Below are positions 1-9,106 of a stretch of DNA of 64,000 bases, piece by piece. The translations under genes and the position numbers were made by a program. Origin of the DNA: a virus. The stretch lies in the IMG/VR virus record IMGVR_UViG_3300027749_000042; one strand, given 5' to 3'. The first letter of the stretch is position 1; every line of letters begins with the position of its first letter. The notes beneath the pieces are model-generated. The model searched no databases and was not told the origin of the DNA. It saw nothing but the letters and a program-made list of their open reading frames with translations.

Positions 1-2
1 GC

Positions 3-1172
3 GAACCAGAACCAACCGATATTCAATGGTTACTTGATAACACCGAGAAGTTTTGTCAAGAGAAGGCTGTCCATAACGCTATCATGGAAAGCATTACCAT
101 TCTTGATGGTAAAGATAAGAACCGCTCGTCTAGTAGCATTCCTGAGATCCTATCAGAGGCCCTTGGTGTGTCTTTTGATTCTCATGTTGGTCACGATTTC
201 ATCGAGGACTTCGGTGAGCGATATGATTTCTACCATCGCGTAGAAGAAAAGATTCCGTTTGATCTAGGTTTGATGAACGATATCACTCGTGGTGGTCTAT
301 CTCGTAAGTCTCTCAACATCATCCTCGCTGGCACCGGTGCTGGTAAAACTTTGATGATGTGCCACTTCGCAGCAAATAATCTTGCGTCTGGTAAGAATGT
401 TCTCTATATCACGATGGAAATGGCCGAAGAGAAGATTGCAGAGCGCATTGATGCCAACCTGCTGAATGTGCCACTAGAAGACCTTGGGCAGCTACCGCGT
501 GATATGTACGAAAAGAAGATTGAACGCCTTCGTGCGAAGACAACTGGCAAGCTTATCATCAAGGAGTATCCTACCGCGTCCGCACACGCGGGTCATTTTA
601 GGCATCTTCTGAATGAGCTAAATCTAAAGCGAAATTTTATGCCAGATATCATCTATATTGATTACCTGAATATCTGCATGTCCGCACGAATCAAGCCTGG
701 TGCAAATGTGAATAGTTATACATACATTAAGGCTATTGCAGAAGAGCTTCGTGGCCTTGCGGTAGAGAAAAATCTACCCATCGTATCAGCCACACAGACA
801 ACCAGGTCTGGCTATACTTCAAGCGACCCTGGGCTTGAAGATACATCCGAGTCGTTTGGTCTACCAGCTACAGCCGACTTTATGATTGCTCTTATCCGTA
901 CCGAAGACGCAGACGAGCGTGGGCAGGTAATGGTAAAGCAATTGAAGAACCGTTATGCTGATCCAGCTATCAATAAGAGGTTCATGCTCGGCATCGACAG
1001 AACCAAAATGCGTCTTTTTGATGCTGAGAATAGCGCACAGGATGACCTGATTGATGATAGTCGTGGTGGTAAGACCAAGCGGTCTGATTCTGTAATGGAC
1101 AACTCTAAGTTTGGTATGGAAGACCGTGAGCGTACCAAACCAAAGTCAAAGTTTGGTAATTTCAAATTCTAA
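3..1172 (+). CDS. 41: T4-like replicative DNA helicase gp41 (5' end outside window)
   Basis: Walker A AGTGAGKT, YITMEM, IDYLN, SATQTTR, QLKNRY; frame open to window start. Confidence 0.96.
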   Translation, partial: EPEPTDIQWLLDNTEKFCQEKAVHNAIMESITILDGKDKNRSSSSIPEILSEALGVSFDSHVGHDFIEDFGERYDFYHRVEEKIPFDLGLMNDITRGGLSRKSLNIILAGTGAGKTLMMCHFAANNLASGKNVLYITMEMAEEKIAERIDANLLNVPLEDLGQLPRDMYEKKIERLRAKTTGKLIIKEYPTASAHAGHFRHLLNELNLKRNFMPDIIYIDYLNICMSARIKPGANVNSYTYIKAIAEELRGLAVEKNLPIVSATQTTRSGYTSSDPGLEDTSESFGLPATADFMIALIRTEDADERGQVMVKQLKNRYADPAINKRFMLGIDRTKMRLFDAENSAQDDLIDDSRGGKTKRSDSVMDNSKFGMEDRERTKPKSKFGNFKF

Positions 1173-1202
1173 ATAGATATTCGACGGCTGGAGAATTAAG
1201 TA

Positions 1203-1430
1203 ATGCAGATTAAGATGTTCACAAAGGACGTGTGCAGTTATTGTGCTGCGGCCAAAGATTTCTTCAACGACCGCCATCTTGAGTTCACCGAGTTTAAGAT
1301 TGGCAAACATATTACCCGTGAAGATTTCGTTAAGCAGTATCCTGACTATCGTACAGTACCGCAGATTTTTATCAATGACGAACATGTTGGTGGTTACGAC
1401 GATTTAGTTAAGGATCCTAGATTTAAATAG
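1203..1430 (+). CDS. nrdC: glutaredoxin
   Basis: CSYC, TVPQIFI, GGYDDL. Confidence 0.93.
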   Translation: MQIKMFTKDVCSYCAAAKDFFNDRHLEFTEFKIGKHITREDFVKQYPDYRTVPQIFINDEHVGGYDDLVKDPRFK

Positions 1431-1439
1431 GAGACTAAA

Positions 1440-2282
1440 ATGTTAAAAACAACCATGGCTATACTCATGTTGGTGTTCTTGTGTAACACCGCAGAAGCCG
1501 AACCAAAGAAGAAAGTTTCAGCGAAGACCGCGGAACGCTACTGCAACCTAAGCGTACAAGACAGGTACGCGCATCTTGCAAAATTCTGCAAGCAGTTACA
1601 AGCAAAGAAGGTAGTTCCAGCTGCGGCTGTTGTTGCGTCTACATATGATGACGACACGCCTGCAAATTTCTTTAGACAGGATAGGGAGAGAGCCGAAGCA
1701 TCACAGTTTTTTGCTGGTTGGCAAAAGCTAGATGCACCACCGGTAGAGCATAAGAAGCCTAAAGCTAAACCGGTAATGGCTGTTATTGATTTGAATACCG
1801 AGCTTCCTAAGGGTAGCACCACACTATCTCAGTCGCACCACGAACAACCTGTGCGCCGTGAAAATCCACGCCCTATGTTTGCACCAGAGCCAGTGCGGAT
1901 CGCAAGAGAGTGGGAAGGACTAAATGTGAGAAAGGATCGTTCCGATCTTACCAAATTATTGTCAGTAGATCCAGGTCGTATTCCATGGTGTGCAGCTTTC
2001 GCAAATGCGGTATTAAACAAGGCTGGATACCAGGGCACAGGTTCTCTAATGGCACGAAGCTTTTTAGGGTACGGAATTCCTACTACATATCCAAGAGAAG
2101 GTGATATTGCGGTGTTCTCACGAGGCAAGAATAGCTCGGCAGGCCATGTTGGATTCTATGTCGGTGAGGAAACATTAGATGGTGTTAGATACATCAAGGT
2201 TCTTGGTGGTAACCAGAACAAAGAAGTTAGCGTAGCTTACTACCCAGCAAACAAGCTGCTGGGCTACAGAAAATTGGGCTAG
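1440..2282 (+). CDS. secreted cell-wall hydrolase, TIGR02594/CHAP-NlpC-like C-terminal domain; endolysin candidate
   Basis: N-terminal signal peptide (AEA); PWCAAF, GDIAVF, GHVGFY, LGGNQ. Confidence 0.8.
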   Translation: MLKTTMAILMLVFLCNTAEAEPKKKVSAKTAERYCNLSVQDRYAHLAKFCKQLQAKKVVPAAAVVASTYDDDTPANFFRQDRERAEASQFFAGWQKLDAPPVEHKKPKAKPVMAVIDLNTELPKGSTTLSQSHHEQPVRRENPRPMFAPEPVRIAREWEGLNVRKDRSDLTKLLSVDPGRIPWCAAFANAVLNKAGYQGTGSLMARSFLGYGIPTTYPREGDIAVFSRGKNSSAGHVGFYVGEETLDGVRYIKVLGGNQNKEVSVAYYPANKLLGYRKLG

Positions 2283-2314
2283 CATACAAGGAGGTGCCTT
2301 TTATTATGTTAGTC

Positions 2315-2344
2315 AGGGGGGAGCAATAACGCTTCCCCCTTTTT
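2315..2344 (+). terminator. Rho-independent terminator
   Basis: aggggggagc/gcttccccct hairpin followed by T run. Confidence 0.85.
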
Positions 2345-2352
2345 CGTTTTAT

Positions 2353-2360
2353 TATAAATA
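2353..2360 (+). promoter_or_regulatory. T4-type late promoter
   Basis: TATAAATA 7 nt before ATG 2368. Confidence 0.8.
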
Positions 2361-2367
2361 GGATACG

Positions 2368-2976
2368 ATGCTAAAATTCCGCGAGTTCATAGCTGAGGAT
2401 GTTTCTGGTAGTCTGTCGGTGTTTGACATTGACGATACGCTATTCAGCACCACGACACAAGTCCTCGTCAGAAAAGGTGGCAAGGTTGTTGAGAAATTGA
2501 CACCAGCCGAGTTCAATGTGTATGCGTTAAAACCTGGTGAGGAATTTGACTTCGCTCAATTCCGATCATCTAAGGTGTTCGCTGATACCGCAAAGCCAAT
2601 TGAGACGGTATTCAAGACGGCTAAGAAAATGATTAGCAGATTCCGTGCGCATCCTAACAAGCGTATTATCATCTGTACCGCTCGCGCGGATCTAGACGAT
2701 AAGAAGCTGTTCCTTGATACGTTTAAAAAGTATGGCTTTGATATCACGCAGGTGCATGTGTATCGCGCAGGCAATATTAAAGCCCCAGGTGCAGAAGCCA
2801 AAAAGCAAATTGTTCGTGACCAACTAAAAGCTGGCAAGTATCAGGTCGCTAGAATGTTTGATGATGCTAAGGCCAATCTGGACAAGTTCATTGAACTGCA
2901 TACCGAATTTCCAAAGATTAATTTTGAAGCATTCCTAATCCACGAAGATGGAAGAATAACCCGCTACAACGGATAA
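2368..2976 (+). CDS. HAD-superfamily phosphatase with N-terminal capsid-targeting-like sequence
   Basis: FDIDDT, TAR, K and FDD motifs; N-terminus MLKFREFIAE. Confidence 0.8.
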   Translation: MLKFREFIAEDVSGSLSVFDIDDTLFSTTTQVLVRKGGKVVEKLTPAEFNVYALKPGEEFDFAQFRSSKVFADTAKPIETVFKTAKKMISRFRAHPNKRIIICTARADLDDKKLFLDTFKKYGFDITQVHVYRAGNIKAPGAEAKKQIVRDQLKAGKYQVARMFDDAKANLDKFIELHTEFPKINFEAFLIHEDGRITRYNG

Positions 2977-2992
2977 CAAGAAAGGTATAAGC

Positions 2993-3379
2993 ATGACATA
3001 TATTCTAACACCAAACGGTCGTAGACCAATTGTTTCTATCAATGAATCTGCTGAGCAGGTAAATGATACCGAAATGGACATTGATTTTGATGTAGAACAC
3101 TTCCTTGATTATGTTATGGAAAATTTCCCTGAGCTAACCGAAAAGTACATTGAAGAAAACTACGAGCAGGTAGATGAGCTATCAAGAAAGACACTTGGTT
3201 CATATGCTTACAAGGCAGACAATCAGCTTGGTAAAGTTGATGCAACTGGTCCTAGTCACAAGGCTGGTATTCCAAGTCATTACAGAGGCAAGAACAAGGA
3301 ACTTGGTAAAGATCCTGTGGATAAGATGAGAGCTAGAAAAGCAGGTATCAAGCTTGCAGTTAAAAAGTTGGATAGATGA
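2993..3379 (+). CDS. putative internal head protein (acidic N-half plus one basic VDE|LS..TLGSY module)
   Basis: EQVDELSRKTLGSY...GIKLAVKKL shared with the 9107 ORF. Confidence 0.6.
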   Translation: MTYILTPNGRRPIVSINESAEQVNDTEMDIDFDVEHFLDYVMENFPELTEKYIEENYEQVDELSRKTLGSYAYKADNQLGKVDATGPSHKAGIPSHYRGKNKELGKDPVDKMRARKAGIKLAVKKLDR

Positions 3380-3392
3380 GGTATAATGGCAA

Positions 3393-4196
3393 ATGGCAAA
3401 TAAAGGTTTACAATTTGAATGGTGCATCTACCATCTCGTAGCTAAAGTGGATCCTAAAAAATTTGCTAACGATGCAAATGCCAAAACAGCCAAGGCCAAT
3501 TACGCCACGGCTGATGCAGATGTAAAAAAAGATGCCGAATATGCTATCGTTATGATACAAAAAGCGTATGGTAAAATCAAAGATATCGAAAAAACATCTG
3601 GTGGTGGGGTAGAACCGAAAACTGATCTATATATTACATGCGCTAAGAAAGCAATCAAATGCTCTCTAAAGCATGGTGGTTCTATTCAACTATCATCTGG
3701 TGGTATTAAAACGACAGTAAAATTTCTCAATGGTGTATTGAAGAATGTGTCAAAGAAGCCTGGGTATGACGCTAAAAAAATCAAATCAATAATGTCTGTT
3801 CTAGCTGAATTAGATGAGGGATATGGTGATCTTGGGAAAATGCGTAGAACACAAGCTGACGTTGTGTTAGGGAAAGCACAGCGATACAATGACCTTCTTC
3901 AAAATATTTTAGGATCTGGTAAAAATCCTGTGGTTTCAAAAGAGTATGAAAAAATAAAATTAGCTATTATTGAAGAAGCGATAACAGGGAAATACACTTT
4001 TGGTGCAACATCAAAATTGGCAGCAGATCATATCTTATCCGACAAAAAACTAGAATTGGTTACACCAGCACTCATCAAAACCGTTTCAGATAAAACTTCA
4101 GTTAGAATTAGACTTAAGGGTCGTGGTAAAGAAATGGTTGCCGGTAAAGAAGTTAGATTGAATGAAGTGGTAGTTAGCTTTGACACTAAAGCGTAG
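3393..4196 (+). CDS. putative PD-(D/E)XK nuclease-like protein
   Basis: GLQFE helix, PKTD, SLK; basic, AT-rich. Confidence 0.5.
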   Translation: MANKGLQFEWCIYHLVAKVDPKKFANDANAKTAKANYATADADVKKDAEYAIVMIQKAYGKIKDIEKTSGGGVEPKTDLYITCAKKAIKCSLKHGGSIQLSSGGIKTTVKFLNGVLKNVSKKPGYDAKKIKSIMSVLAELDEGYGDLGKMRRTQADVVLGKAQRYNDLLQNILGSGKNPVVSKEYEKIKLAIIEEAITGKYTFGATSKLAADHILSDKKLELVTPALIKTVSDKTSVRIRLKGRGKEMVAGKEVRLNEVVVSFDTKA

Positions 4197-4220
4197 TATC
4201 TGACCGGTTACAACATCCTT

Positions 4221-4249
4221 ATTATACCACGACAACACCAATTTGTCAA
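4221..4249 (-). promoter_or_regulatory. consensus sigma70 promoter on the minus strand
   Basis: TTGACA-17nt-TATAAT on the reverse complement. Confidence 0.75.
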
Positions 4250-4253
4250 GTAT

Positions 4254-4261
4254 TATAAATA
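4254..4261 (+). promoter_or_regulatory. T4-type late promoter
   Basis: TATAAATA. Confidence 0.75.
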
Positions 4262-4326
4262 GACAAGCAGAAAGCTAAGGCAGTCCTGCATGGTCGCGGT
4301 TAGGGTACGCCAATCCCGCTAGGAGT

Positions 4327-5511
4327 ATGATGAAAAGTTTCAAGAGCTTCGTGGTAGAAGCTGCGTTTTCGTCTGAGGAAGACAAGTCGCACTATACCCA
4401 CATTGAAGACGAGATTTATGTTTCTGGAAAGAAGTCCATTGCTAAGATCAGTGGTTACTTCCATGACCTCATAAAGGGCATTCCCGAAACTGTAAATCAA
4501 ACTAAGATCGACGGTGCTCCTAGCGTATTTTATGGCTATCAGAATGGTAAGTTCTTCGTAGCGACCAAATCAATCTTCAACAAAGATCCTAAGGTCAATT
4601 TCACTGTTGAGGATATCGAGCGTAATCACGGCCACGCACCAGGGCTTGTAGCTAAACTAAAGCTCGCTCTAGAATATTTCCCATACATTACAAACAACAA
4701 GAATGAGATCCTTCAAGGCGATATGATGTTCGCTAAGGTTGACTTGAAGAAGGTTGACATTGAAGGTGTTCAGCACTGGTTGTTCAAGCCAAACACAGTT
4801 ATCAATGCGGTACCTGTGAACTCGGTGCTTGGTCGTGAGATTGCTAAGTCTGTTGTTGGATTCGCACCACATACCAAGTACAATGCATCTGGTAGTCGCG
4901 TAACCATCCAAGCGCGTGACATGAAGAAAAACTCACATGTGTTCCTGATGCCAATTGACGCACCATCGTTGGATCATGTTGGTCATTTGAAGGCCCATAT
5001 CACAGAGGTCGATAAGCTCCTTGCATCTATACCGGGTGATGCGTTTGCATACATTTCATCCGAAGAGATGAATCCACATTTTCTTGCATATGCCAACTAT
5101 GTGATCCGTAATAACACCGATCAGTCGTATGCTGGTTTCCTTGCGTACATGAAAGAGAAGCTCCAGAAGTTCATTGACAAGGCTGCTAGTGAAAAAGGTA
5201 AAGCTTCAAAGCAGGTGGTATATGATACCATTACCAGCCAAATTGAATCCAATAAAAACCTAATCACAAATGTCCTTGATGTTCACAACAAGCTTGCTGA
5301 TATCAAGGATAAGATCATTGACGAGCTGGACACATATCAGCCTATCCGCAGATATTTTGAGAATGAGTTTGGTGCGTTGATAAAGACAAATCCAGAAGGT
5401 TATGTTCTTCTCGGTAAGCACGGTACTGCAAAGCTAGTCAAGCGCCGCGTATTCAGTATGCAGAACTTTGCTCAGGGTTCATTCAGAAAGGCGGCACCGA
5501 AAGATGAGTAA
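4327..5511 (+). CDS. RNA-ligase-like nucleotidyltransferase (DUF6267-like) with capsid-targeting-like N-terminus
   Basis: KIDG (motif I), QGD, EGYV (motif IV), KLV (motif V); MKSFKSFVVE. Confidence 0.65.
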   Translation: MMKSFKSFVVEAAFSSEEDKSHYTHIEDEIYVSGKKSIAKISGYFHDLIKGIPETVNQTKIDGAPSVFYGYQNGKFFVATKSIFNKDPKVNFTVEDIERNHGHAPGLVAKLKLALEYFPYITNNKNEILQGDMMFAKVDLKKVDIEGVQHWLFKPNTVINAVPVNSVLGREIAKSVVGFAPHTKYNASGSRVTIQARDMKKNSHVFLMPIDAPSLDHVGHLKAHITEVDKLLASIPGDAFAYISSEEMNPHFLAYANYVIRNNTDQSYAGFLAYMKEKLQKFIDKAASEKGKASKQVVYDTITSQIESNKNLITNVLDVHNKLADIKDKIIDELDTYQPIRRYFENEFGALIKTNPEGYVLLGKHGTAKLVKRRVFSMQNFAQGSFRKAAPKDE

Positions 5512-8299
5512 ATCTATCGTTATCGTACCGCTTGGTCGTTTCAATCCGCCACACAAAGAACACGCGCACCTAGTTGACGCAGTTATCAAGCTTGCTAAAT
5601 CAACACACAGCGATGCCAAAGTTTTTGTTTCGCGCACCGTCAATAAGAAGAAAGATCCACTGACACCACAGGAAAAGATCCGATTCCTGAATAAGATGTT
5701 TCCTGGTCATAAGAAACTATTTGATGTGCCACCGATTTCTAATCCATCAATGGTTGGGGTACTAAAGAGTTTGTCTGGTAAATATGATACCGTGCATATC
5801 GTATTGGGTGACGATAGAGTTGCAGAAATAAAAGCGTTTGTTGATAAGTATAATGGCGTTGATTACAACTACGATAAGATTGAGGTCCATTCGCGCCACT
5901 CTATCGTAAACACTCGCGTTGGTGATCTTGATGGCGTTCACGCATCCGACATTCGCAAGTGGGCCCAAGCTGGTAATTTTGCTAAGGTCAAAGATGCTAT
6001 GTCGGAACATCTTACCGATGCAGATGTAAAGCAAATGATCCGCATCATCCAATCGCGTCTAGGAAAAACAATGAATGAATCCGTAGTTGCTGAGGAAGAA
6101 ATTCCACTACCATCTGACGCTGAGATTGACAGATATCTCGACAAGCTAACCGACATGAGTGAGCTGGATCTTCGCGATGAAGATGCTATGATGTTGGATA
6201 TGATTGTATATGACGACGAGCCAAAGAATGTTCATGAAGGCCTAACATCTCAGCAACGCCAGAAGCGTTCACAAAAGATGAAGTCCATGAGCAAGCGTCT
6301 TGCTCGTCTGCGTAAGCTTAAATCAAAACAGATGCCAGCTGGGCAACGTCTACGCCTTCGTGCGCGTAAGGCTGCTATTATGATCCTTCGCGCTCGCGCA
6401 AGCGGTCGTAAGAACCTAGATTATAATGCGCTATCACGTTCGCAGCGCATCTCAGTTGATAATGCATTGACACAGCGTTTTGGTAAATCATTAAAGGGTG
6501 CTATCAATAGAATAGCCACTCGCATTCTTCCACGTATCCGTAGCAAAGCGCAGGCATCTGTAGCGCAGGCTCGCTCAACTACAAACGAGGCATTTCACAT
6601 GTTCCTAGAAGGCAAAGAAGGTTCTACAAAAGACAGAGCAACAGATATCAAGCAGGCTAAAGCAAAGAAGATTTCGGTATCAGATTGGGAAAAATCAAAG
6701 GCTGATGTTGCACATGATAGCCCATTGCATATTGACACCACAAAGATTGACTCAACAAAGGTCGATTCGACAACCGTTGATCGTGCTGCACCTAATCCAA
6801 CACATGCAACATCTGGTGCAAAACGTCTATCGCAGTTCCGCCTTCGCACCGAAGCGCGCTCTAGTGCAGCCGATGCTATAGATGCTGGTGATACAAACAT
6901 CATATATCAAATGCGTAAGGTCATCATTGCTCGCGGTGAGCATGATGTTGTATTTGGTGATAAGCACAAAGTAAAAATTTCTGTGGCTGATGCGAGAAAG
7001 ATGTTGGACCTGTTTCAGCACACACGTTTGCCTGCTGATAAGCAGAAGCTAACAGTGGCTGCTGGTAAGAGCTTGACTGCATTCAGAAGTGTTCTTTCTC
7101 ACGGTATTCCAAAAGATAAGCCTAAGATTTCTCTCGGTGGCAGAAAGCTTGATGAGGTAACATTCAATGCTCGCAATTGGAATCCAAATGATCCAGACGC
7201 ACCTCCTGGTATCACACAGGCTAATGAAAAGAAAAAACCATCAGTAAAAGAAGATTCGGAAGATCCAAATCAATCAAAGCGTTTGAATCAAAAGATGGAT
7301 GTTCTGTTGCGTCTTGGCCTTGTTGACACAACCGAGCTTCAAGGTTACCGTCGTGCGTTGCGTAGTAGCAAGCAGTTTGCTTTGCAAAGCCCAAAGCTTC
7401 GTAAGAACCTTGCGGACTTGCTTGACAAGCTTATTGATTTGACTACGCAAGATCCTGCAACATATTCTCGCGTTCGTTATAACGTAGTGAATAAGGAACT
7501 TGATAGTCAACCAAATCCGGACCTACGCAAGAAAGCAAAGAAGTCTGGTATGGCTGAAGATGTTTTGAATCAAGTCTTCGCTCGTGAAATGGCGGAATCA
7601 AACAATGTTAGTCGCGCATATAATCGCGTGGACTCATTTATTGCTGGCGGCTTCGCTGCTAAGTTGGATGAGGATCTAGCTGAAGATGGCGGGTATAAGA
7701 GTCCAACCGGTGGGTTAACTCAAAAGGGCCGAGATCGCTATAATAGAGAAACTGGTGGTAATCTGCAAGCCCCAGTTACTACACCACCATCTAAATTAAA
7801 AGCTGGATCAAAAGCCGCTGGTCGTCGTAAATCATTCTGCGCTCGCATGAGTGGTGTTGACGGACCGATGAAGAAACCAAACGGTGAGCCATCTCGTAAA
7901 GCCTTAGCATTGCGTAAGTGGAACTGCCGTAGTGAAGAAACAAGCATTGACGAGAAGCGTGGACTATGGGATAATATTCACGCTAAACAGAACCGTATCA
8001 AGAATGGTTCTGGCGAGCATATGCGTAAGCCAGATTCTGAAGGATCTCCATCAAACAAGGATCTCAGAGTTTCAAGAACAGAAGATATTACGGCCCGCCA
8101 TGCATCCCATAAAGTGATTCGCGTGAAAGACGGCAGTAACTTCAGATATCGTAAGGTATATGAAGAACCTATTAGTATAGCTAAATATTCAGTTGACAAG
8201 CCGATTGTTGGCGATGCAGCCGATGGTCCAGATAAGGTCACAAAGACACCAGCACATTTCAAAGAGATTCGTAAGGCGCTTGCTGGTAAACGAGAATAA
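5504..8299 (+). CDS. cytidylyltransferase-like (HxxH) domain fused to a multi-module putative head polyprotein
   Basis: GRFNPPHKEH, KDPL, LGDDR, ASDIR; C-terminal basic modules incl. GGLTQKGR...RRKSFCARM...RKWNC (DUF6321-like). Confidence 0.75.
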   Translation: MSKSIVIVPLGRFNPPHKEHAHLVDAVIKLAKSTHSDAKVFVSRTVNKKKDPLTPQEKIRFLNKMFPGHKKLFDVPPISNPSMVGVLKSLSGKYDTVHIVLGDDRVAEIKAFVDKYNGVDYNYDKIEVHSRHSIVNTRVGDLDGVHASDIRKWAQAGNFAKVKDAMSEHLTDADVKQMIRIIQSRLGKTMNESVVAEEEIPLPSDAEIDRYLDKLTDMSELDLRDEDAMMLDMIVYDDEPKNVHEGLTSQQRQKRSQKMKSMSKRLARLRKLKSKQMPAGQRLRLRARKAAIMILRARASGRKNLDYNALSRSQRISVDNALTQRFGKSLKGAINRIATRILPRIRSKAQASVAQARSTTNEAFHMFLEGKEGSTKDRATDIKQAKAKKISVSDWEKSKADVAHDSPLHIDTTKIDSTKVDSTTVDRAAPNPTHATSGAKRLSQFRLRTEARSSAADAIDAGDTNIIYQMRKVIIARGEHDVVFGDKHKVKISVADARKMLDLFQHTRLPADKQKLTVAAGKSLTAFRSVLSHGIPKDKPKISLGGRKLDEVTFNARNWNPNDPDAPPGITQANEKKKPSVKEDSEDPNQSKRLNQKMDVLLRLGLVDTTELQGYRRALRSSKQFALQSPKLRKNLADLLDKLIDLTTQDPATYSRVRYNVVNKELDSQPNPDLRKKAKKSGMAEDVLNQVFAREMAESNNVSRAYNRVDSFIAGGFAAKLDEDLAEDGGYKSPTGGLTQKGRDRYNRETGGNLQAPVTTPPSKLKAGSKAAGRRKSFCARMSGVDGPMKKPNGEPSRKALALRKWNCRSEETSIDEKRGLWDNIHAKQNRIKNGSGEHMRKPDSEGSPSNKDLRVSRTEDITARHASHKVIRVKDGSNFRYRKVYEEPISIAKYSVDKPIVGDAADGPDKVTKTPAHFKEIRKALAGKRE

Positions 8300-8320
8300 G
8301 TTCAAAATAAAAAAGGAGAA

Positions 8321-8665
8321 GTGAAAATGGATATGGATGTAATTATTGGTTGCGTTATTTTTTTAGCTATTGTTGGGTATTTGGTATATGCAAAGCCATG
8401 GAAAAATGAAGAGTTCATTGTTGCTGATGAGCAAGAAGCAAAGGCTGCGGTTGAAGAGGTAAAGGCAGCAGAAACAGTGGCTGCTAAGACAGAAGAGATT
8501 TTTGCTAAGGTAGTGGAAGAAGCTACTAAGCTTGATAAGGAAGTTGGAGAAGTTCTTAAAGAAGTAGTGGCTACTGTTGAACCTGTTGTGGAAGAAGCAC
8601 CAGTGGTTGTTATTGAGCCAGAAGATGCGCCGAAGCCTAAGAGAGGTAGAAAAGGAAAGAACTAA
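8321..8665 (+). CDS. membrane-anchored acidic protein
   Basis: N-terminal TM, E/V/A-rich, basic tail; AGGAG RBS. Confidence 0.65.
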   Translation: MKMDMDVIIGCVIFLAIVGYLVYAKPWKNEEFIVADEQEAKAAVEEVKAAETVAAKTEEIFAKVVEEATKLDKEVGEVLKEVVATVEPVVEEAPVVVIEPEDAPKPKRGRKGKN

Positions 8666-9105
8666 TGGATGAGCTTTCAGAATTACTGAAAAAGTCACTC
8701 GCTACAACATTTGCGTTTTATCTGAAGGCTCATAACTTTCACTGGAACGTAGAAGGACCATTCTTCTCGCAGTACCATGAATTTTTTGAAACACTATACA
8801 CCGATGCGTTTATAGCTACCGATGGCCTTGCAGAACATATTCGCACATTGAATGTTTATGCGCCAGGTTCATTCAAGCGTTTCGGTGAGCTATCATCTAT
8901 TCAAGACGAACTAACAGTTCCTAATGCTGCTGGTATGTTGAATCGTTTATACGATGATAACAATGCAGTTATTGCTACGCTTGTTCCTGCACAGAAAGCC
9001 GCGGAGATTGCTGGTGCGGTAGGAATTGCAAACTACCTACAAGACCGTATTGATATTCATAATAAACATGCTTGGATGCTAAGAGCAACAAAGAAAGGTA
9101 ACTAA
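8665..9105 (+). CDS. dps: Dps / ferritin-like DNA protection protein
   Basis: HNFHWNVEG, HEFFE, D.LAEHIR, KHAWML. Confidence 0.93.
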   Translation: MDELSELLKKSLATTFAFYLKAHNFHWNVEGPFFSQYHEFFETLYTDAFIATDGLAEHIRTLNVYAPGSFKRFGELSSIQDELTVPNAAGMLNRLYDDNNAVIATLVPAQKAAEIAGAVGIANYLQDRIDIHNKHAWMLRATKKGN

Positions 9106-9106
9106 A

